From: a virus
Taxonomy: Duplodnaviria > Caudoviricetes
Virus record (IMG/VR): IMGVR_UViG_3300012663_000645
Span: 1 to 29,444 of that record
DNA length: 29,444 bases
Reading direction: 5' to 3' (one strand)
The notes beneath the pieces are model-generated. The model was not told where the DNA came from and did no database searches. It saw only the letters and a list, made by a program, of their open reading frames with translations. How positions within the stretch are numbered: the first letter of the stretch is position 1; each line of letters opens with the position of its first letter. The position numbers were made by a program, and so were the translations under genes. Below, piece by piece: positions 25,418 through 29,444 of the stretch.

Positions 25418-25949
25418 GTTTTAAAATCGTAAGACCATTATTATTGGTGCGGCGTTCAATCATTTGCCACTCCGGATGAGTATCAATGAATTCTTGTACT
25501 GCTGGCCAAATGCCTTTGCCACCGAATTCACCATTCACTGCATATGTTGTTGTGTCGTGGAAACCAATATACTTTTTGGCTTTGTCTGCATGTAGTTCCA
25601 ATTCAGTCTTAACTTGTTCATAAACGTGTAGACTGTCAACAAACAACATATCACATTCTGGAATCACCACCTGTCTTGTATCTGCAACATGTAGTGTTAC
25701 TCTACGACCATTTTGTTTGGCGTGTTCAAAGAATTCTGGAACACCTGGAAGTGGTGCATACTCATAACTATGCAACTCAATATCGTTACGTAGAAAACCA
25801 CGAGTACTCTGAGCCCAACCAACACCCAATTCAACCACAACTTCACACTCTGATGATAGCTGCGCCAACAAAGGCAAGTGTTCGTGTATGTCTGTATCAG
25901 CGGCACAAGCCTGTTGATAAACCTGTTCGAAATCCATTTTTAAATCCAT
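25410..25949 (-). CDS. Class I SAM-dependent methyltransferase (Methyltransf_24-like)
   Basis: VVELGV...ST, DMLFVDSLH.YE, YIGFHDT, GIWPAVQEF, NNNGLTIL. Confidence 0.88.
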   Translation of the reverse strand: MDLKMDFEQVYQQACAADTDIHEHLPLLAQLSSECEVVVELGVGWAQSTRGFLRNDIELHSYEYAPLPGVPEFFEHAKQNGRRVTLHVADTRQVVIPECDMLFVDSLHVYEQVKTELELHADKAKKYIGFHDTTTYAVNGEFGGKGIWPAVQEFIDTHPEWQMIERRTNNNGLTILKRV

Positions 25950-25958
25950 TTTGTTTCC

Positions 25959-26819
25959 TTAGATTGTTCTGTATGTAAAGAAGTTATCTGGATTTTCTTG
26001 GCCAAATTTCTTCATAACCAGTTCACGCCATAGTGGTATGCGGTCGTATTGATGAACAATACAATGTTGTTTTCCACTTGTTGTAGTAATTACACCTTTT
26101 TCATAATCAAGAATTGGTTCTGGTTCAGTCAAATGTGGTCGGAAAGTATCCATCTTAGATGGGTCACCAGTAGTACCAAGTTGAATTGCCCAACCTTCTT
26201 CGTGGTCAGCAAAATGAATTGCATCTTTGAATGGATGTGTATTGATTAGAACGTTATATACGGCTTGGTCAACGATAGGAATAGGTCTGTTGACTGCGTT
26301 TGTGAAGATGTTGAAACACATGTCAGCAACATATTCAACTTCACCACCGATGGTTCCAACGTTGTAAATCTTGTTGTCTTTGAAAATGTTGTGTACGTAT
26401 GGACCATAACATTGCATTAGGTTATCATCACCCCAACTTTCGTCTTTGTATCTGATAGATTCAGATGCGGCAATCAAGTGTTTGTTACCCAAAGCACCAA
26501 GTACCCATTCACACGGGTCTTTTTGGAAGTAAACGTCTTTAACGTCTGTGGTTACCACAATATCATACTTGTCTTTGTTTTGACTTAGGTAATCATAGAT
26601 ATACATGAATCTAGCCACATGAATTGGTAGATTGATTGGTTGCATATCAACCAAAGTGAAACCACGTTTGATTAATTCAGCTCTCGTTTCCACTGATGAT
26701 TGACCGATAACCATAACCTTGTCGCCTTTGAAGCCACAAGAATCAATAGATTCAACCCAAGGTTTAAGTTGATTGTAGTTGTAATTGGTAAATGCACCAA
26801 TAATTAGATTTTTTGCCAT
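25959..26819 (-). CDS. GT-A fold nucleotide-sugar transferase
   Basis: RF..IYDYL, TTDVKDVYFQ.DP, YNVGTIGG, DQAVYN, IVHQYDR. Confidence 0.8.
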   Translation of the reverse strand: MAKNLIIGAFTNYNYNQLKPWVESIDSCGFKGDKVMVIGQSSVETRAELIKRGFTLVDMQPINLPIHVARFMYIYDYLSQNKDKYDIVVTTDVKDVYFQKDPCEWVLGALGNKHLIAASESIRYKDESWGDDNLMQCYGPYVHNIFKDNKIYNVGTIGGEVEYVADMCFNIFTNAVNRPIPIVDQAVYNVLINTHPFKDAIHFADHEEGWAIQLGTTGDPSKMDTFRPHLTEPEPILDYEKGVITTTSGKQHCIVHQYDRIPLWRELVMKKFGQENPDNFFTYRTI

Positions 26820-27514
26820 GGGTAAACTCCATTATATTTTTGTTTCATAACTGCATTGCCGTTGTGGAAGAAGTCTGCGTTAACAGAACCTGCATTGCCA
26901 TCGACCCTATAATTCACAGAATAAATTCCTGTACAATCAAATTTTGGAAAGTGTTGTGATAACGCTTGCAACCAAACTCTGTCTTGTCCCCAACCGCCAT
27001 GCCAGACTTGTGCTAATTTTATCGCAACTTCTGTTTTAAGGCAATAGCAATTCGTATCAATATGGTGTACACCATGATAAGTCTGCCATTTACCAAGTGA
27101 TTCGCAGTCATCATTGACTACAAAGTTACCTTCTTTGTCACATATTCTTCTGAGTGAATATGACCAATCAAGGTTCTTTTCTTTCATTGTTTTGATACAC
27201 GTTTCAACGTGTTCTGGTTCCATCCAACAATCTTGGTCCAAATACAATACGTATTCAGTATCAATCAGGTGTGTGAAAGCAGCATAGACTCGGTGGCCAT
27301 AGAATCCGTTGGCACCGACATTGATGGGTAGATAACAACGTTCCAGATTTTTTCTGGAAAGAAAGTCATCGGTAATGATTCTGGTTCTCGAATGGTTTTG
27401 TACACCATCCGCAACAACATAACATTTTGTTTCATAGGTTTGTTCGAGTACGGATCGAACGGCACCTTTCAACTCTGGCGCACCAGTAGTTGGTATAATC
27501 ACAGTAGCACTCAT
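26804..27514 (-). CDS. Glycosyltransferase family 2
   Basis: TVIIPT, AVRSVLEQTY, VVADG, YVLYLDQDCW.EPEHV, IDTNCY, GQDR. Confidence 0.92.
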   Translation of the reverse strand: MSATVIIPTTGAPELKGAVRSVLEQTYETKCYVVADGVQNHSRTRIITDDFLSRKNLERCYLPINVGANGFYGHRVYAAFTHLIDTEYVLYLDQDCWMEPEHVETCIKTMKEKNLDWSYSLRRICDKEGNFVVNDDCESLGKWQTYHGVHHIDTNCYCLKTEVAIKLAQVWHGGWGQDRVWLQALSQHFPKFDCTGIYSVNYRVDGNAGSVNADFFHNGNAVMKQKYNGVYPWQKI

Positions 27515-27516
27515 AA

Positions 27517-27798
27517 TTAACCTCTTGTCAGTTTTAGTATCTTCTCTATTTGTTTTTCAATTAATGGTTTGCGGTTAGGCCAATGAATATATTCTTTGTC
27601 GCCTGTACTATGTAGTTTGTTTAGGAAAGGGATAATCATCTTCTCAACTTCTGCAAGTCTCTGTTTATAATCATCCGCTGTCTCAGCAGTCTTATTGACC
27701 ACTGCATTGTATTCTTCTTCGGATACAGCAGAGAAACCAAAATCATCATCCTGATTCTGGTATTCTTTCATAATTTTATCAAATTCTGATAGTGCCAT
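27517..27798 (-). CDS. Conserved phage hypothetical protein
   Basis: DDDFGFSAV...MIIPFL.KL...KEYIHWPNR; TAATG coupling to the upstream gene. Confidence 0.8.
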   Translation of the reverse strand: MALSEFDKIMKEYQNQDDDFGFSAVSEEEYNAVVNKTAETADDYKQRLAEVEKMIIPFLNKLHSTGDKEYIHWPNRKPLIEKQIEKILKLTRG

Positions 27799-28874
27799 TA
27801 TTTGTATGAGTAGTCACACATCATACGAGTGGGATAACCATCACCACCTTGCGTATCACGTATGTTGAGTTTAAGAATGTAATGACCTGTTTCTATTTCC
27901 ATGTCAATACGCTTACCTGTACCTGACTTACCACCATAGTACACATTACAAGAAGTTGGTGTTGCAGCTTCTGTCATGTACTTCTTATCAATCTCATAGA
28001 CCTCGGTCTTACCGGTCAATTTATGAACGATAGTATAACCGTGACCTACGCCTGAAATTAGGAAGTTTTTCAGTTCAGTTTTTTGTTTCTGTGACATTGT
28101 TTTCCACACATCTTCAACGTAACCTTTTTTAAGATTGCCATTATAGATATCACAGAACAGTGCATCGTTGATATTAAACATATCTAAGATTTTCAAACCA
28201 TCTTTGTTGGTAATTCGTCCAGATTTAATTTCGGCCGGAGAGAGTACTGTACGAATACCAGAATTGAAGAATGTAACTGTACCACCAGTCTTCAAACTAA
28301 GATAGATTTCTTTTTTATCACAGACTAATGTAATATCGGTAACAACGGGCCCCAGATTGTTATCGTGTACAGGAATCTTAGATGAAATGAGAACTTGTGG
28401 AGAGAAAATGAATGGACGTTTGTTGTTCAATTCACCAACCATTTTCACTTCTAGTTTTTTGACCTTGTCTAGTTTATGTAATTTGACAACATCATCAACT
28501 GCTTGTGCTAGTTTAGGGTCGGCAATCTTTTTGCCTGACCACCATTCTGTAATCGCTTCTGCTAATTGTCCTTCGTATGCATTACCTTTGTTTTGCACAC
28601 CTCTACCACCAGAAGAACCAGAACCAAATTTCATAGTCACCTTCGAAGCTTTGGTTGCTCGTTTGATATCAGCAAGTTCAACGTCACCTTGCAAATCTCT
28701 GGTCACGTTAATCTTACTGATGGAAGCAGGATCAATGTTGATTGGTGATTCGACCTTCTTAAACTTACCTTTCAGGAAAGCAAAAATATTGATTATCTCA
28801 TCTATCTTTGCTTTATCACCTTTCAAGGTTTGCTTAATCTCAATCGCAGTCTTTGGGAAAAATGTATAAGCCAT
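27798..28874 (-). CDS. PD-(D/E)XK restriction-endonuclease-like protein
   Basis: NKGNAYE ... VTDITL ... IYLSLK spacing fits an E...D...(S)xK variant; Lys-rich. Confidence 0.55.
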   Translation of the reverse strand: MAYTFFPKTAIEIKQTLKGDKAKIDEIINIFAFLKGKFKKVESPINIDPASISKINVTRDLQGDVELADIKRATKASKVTMKFGSGSSGGRGVQNKGNAYEGQLAEAITEWWSGKKIADPKLAQAVDDVVKLHKLDKVKKLEVKMVGELNNKRPFIFSPQVLISSKIPVHDNNLGPVVTDITLVCDKKEIYLSLKTGGTVTFFNSGIRTVLSPAEIKSGRITNKDGLKILDMFNINDALFCDIYNGNLKKGYVEDVWKTMSQKQKTELKNFLISGVGHGYTIVHKLTGKTEVYEIDKKYMTEAATPTSCNVYYGGKSGTGKRIDMEIETGHYILKLNIRDTQGGDGYPTRMMCDYSYK

Positions 28875-28893
28875 AAGTCACTTTCAAAGAAAG

Positions 28894-28900
28894 TATTTAT
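28894..28900 (-). promoter_or_regulatory. Late promoter variant ATAAATA
   Basis: Overlaps the upstream TAA, 20 nt before the 28874 start; heads a gapless run of genes to 21818. Confidence 0.65.
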
Positions 28901-29444
28901 CTTATGATTTGGATCTCCTTTCCAGAAGTCCAAATCTCCAATTCTGTTTTCAAACGAGACTCATTATACAAGGTTTCATATCTCTGGCAAGCTTTCTTTC
29001 TCCACCATTCAATCAAGTTTGCCACTTTATGTTTTTCATAGTTTTCACCAGGAATAAGCACGTCCGTCTTACAGTTTACATAGTCTACCATGTTCTTGAA
29101 ACCATAGTCACTGATGTAATATCTTTTCTGCTCTGTCAACCCTTTAGCCTTCTCAATCGTTGCTTGGAATGTAGCCCCATCAGGAGTACCTTTAAGAGCA
29201 GCCTTAGTAAGAGAAATAATCTTCATGGAGATTTTAAGTTTCTTACTCGAAGCATCATCCTCAACCAAAGGACCAGTCCTTGCTTGGACATAATCACGGA
29301 GTTCCGAATAAGGTTTGCCGTGCATCATCGGTAGAAAATCAGAATCAGTTAGACCTTTGTATCTGATATATGGTTTCATACCATCATATTGTGAAACAGT
29401 CTTTGAACTACCATACAAACTGGTAGTCTCAAACAGACATAGAT
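28897..29444 (-). CDS. Conserved T4-like phage protein (DUF4338/DruA-like); 5' end outside the window
   Basis: Frame open to the window edge: LCLFETTSLYGSSKTVSQYDGMKPY.R..GLT.S.F.P ... KRYYISDYG ... WWRKKA..RY. The family assignment is from memory. Confidence 0.65.
   Translation of the reverse strand, partial: LCLFETTSLYGSSKTVSQYDGMKPYIRYKGLTDSDFLPMMHGKPYSELRDYVQARTGPLVEDDASSKKLKISMKIISLTKAALKGTPDGATFQATIEKAKGLTEQKRYYISDYGFKNMVDYVNCKTDVLIPGENYEKHKVANLIEWWRKKACQRYETLYNESRLKTELEIWTSGKEIQIIR

Noticed and set aside
21818-27514. Bacterial LPS locus or host contamination
   Set aside because: Same strand and composition as the flanks, gapless coupling to phage-type genes, and T4-type late promoter motifs on both sides.
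656-29334. All plus-strand ORFs in the track (e.g. 9849-10424, 15713-16240, 28357-28869)
   Set aside because: Antisense shadows of well-supported minus-strand genes, with no recognisable motifs.
1-29444. Stop-codon reassignment, tRNA or rRNA genes
   Set aside because: Known genes are full length in the standard code at high coding density; the intergenic gaps are short and show no cloverleaf or T-loop motif.

Overview
A 29.4 kb AT-rich fragment of a large lytic T4-like (Kyanoviridae/Straboviridae-style) myophage of a Gram-negative, probably proteobacterial, host. All credible genes are on the minus strand in the standard genetic code. In transcription order (right to left): (i) a partial conserved protein with an FETTSLYG motif, a PD-(D/E)XK nuclease-like gene and a 93-aa hypothetical; (ii) a gapless block of six glycosyltransferase-like and two SAM-methyltransferase genes; (iii) two His-rich enzymes with capsid-targeting-like N-termini: an RNA-ligase-fold nucleotidyltransferase and a cytidyltransferase/P-loop fusion that hides a nested out-of-frame gene with its own late promoter and RBS; (iv) a ~7.2 kb five-gene structural cassette ending in a 1561-aa Ser/Thr-rich protein built from two interleaved repeat types, a candidate branched virion appendage with a ruler/scaffold; (v) probable internal head proteins, one with a candidate -1 frameshift; (vi) a lysis region (i-spanin, o-spanin, GH19 endolysin, holin-like genes) interrupted by iscU and an erpA-like gene; (vii) primase gp61, thyX, an NTP pyrophosphohydrolase and a partial nrdA that the ORF track missed. 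T4-type late promoters (TATAAATA and (A/C)TAAATA variants) and two intrinsic terminators are visible. I saw no tRNA, rRNA, CRISPR array or mobile element. Family names come from motif recognition and memory, not from database searches.
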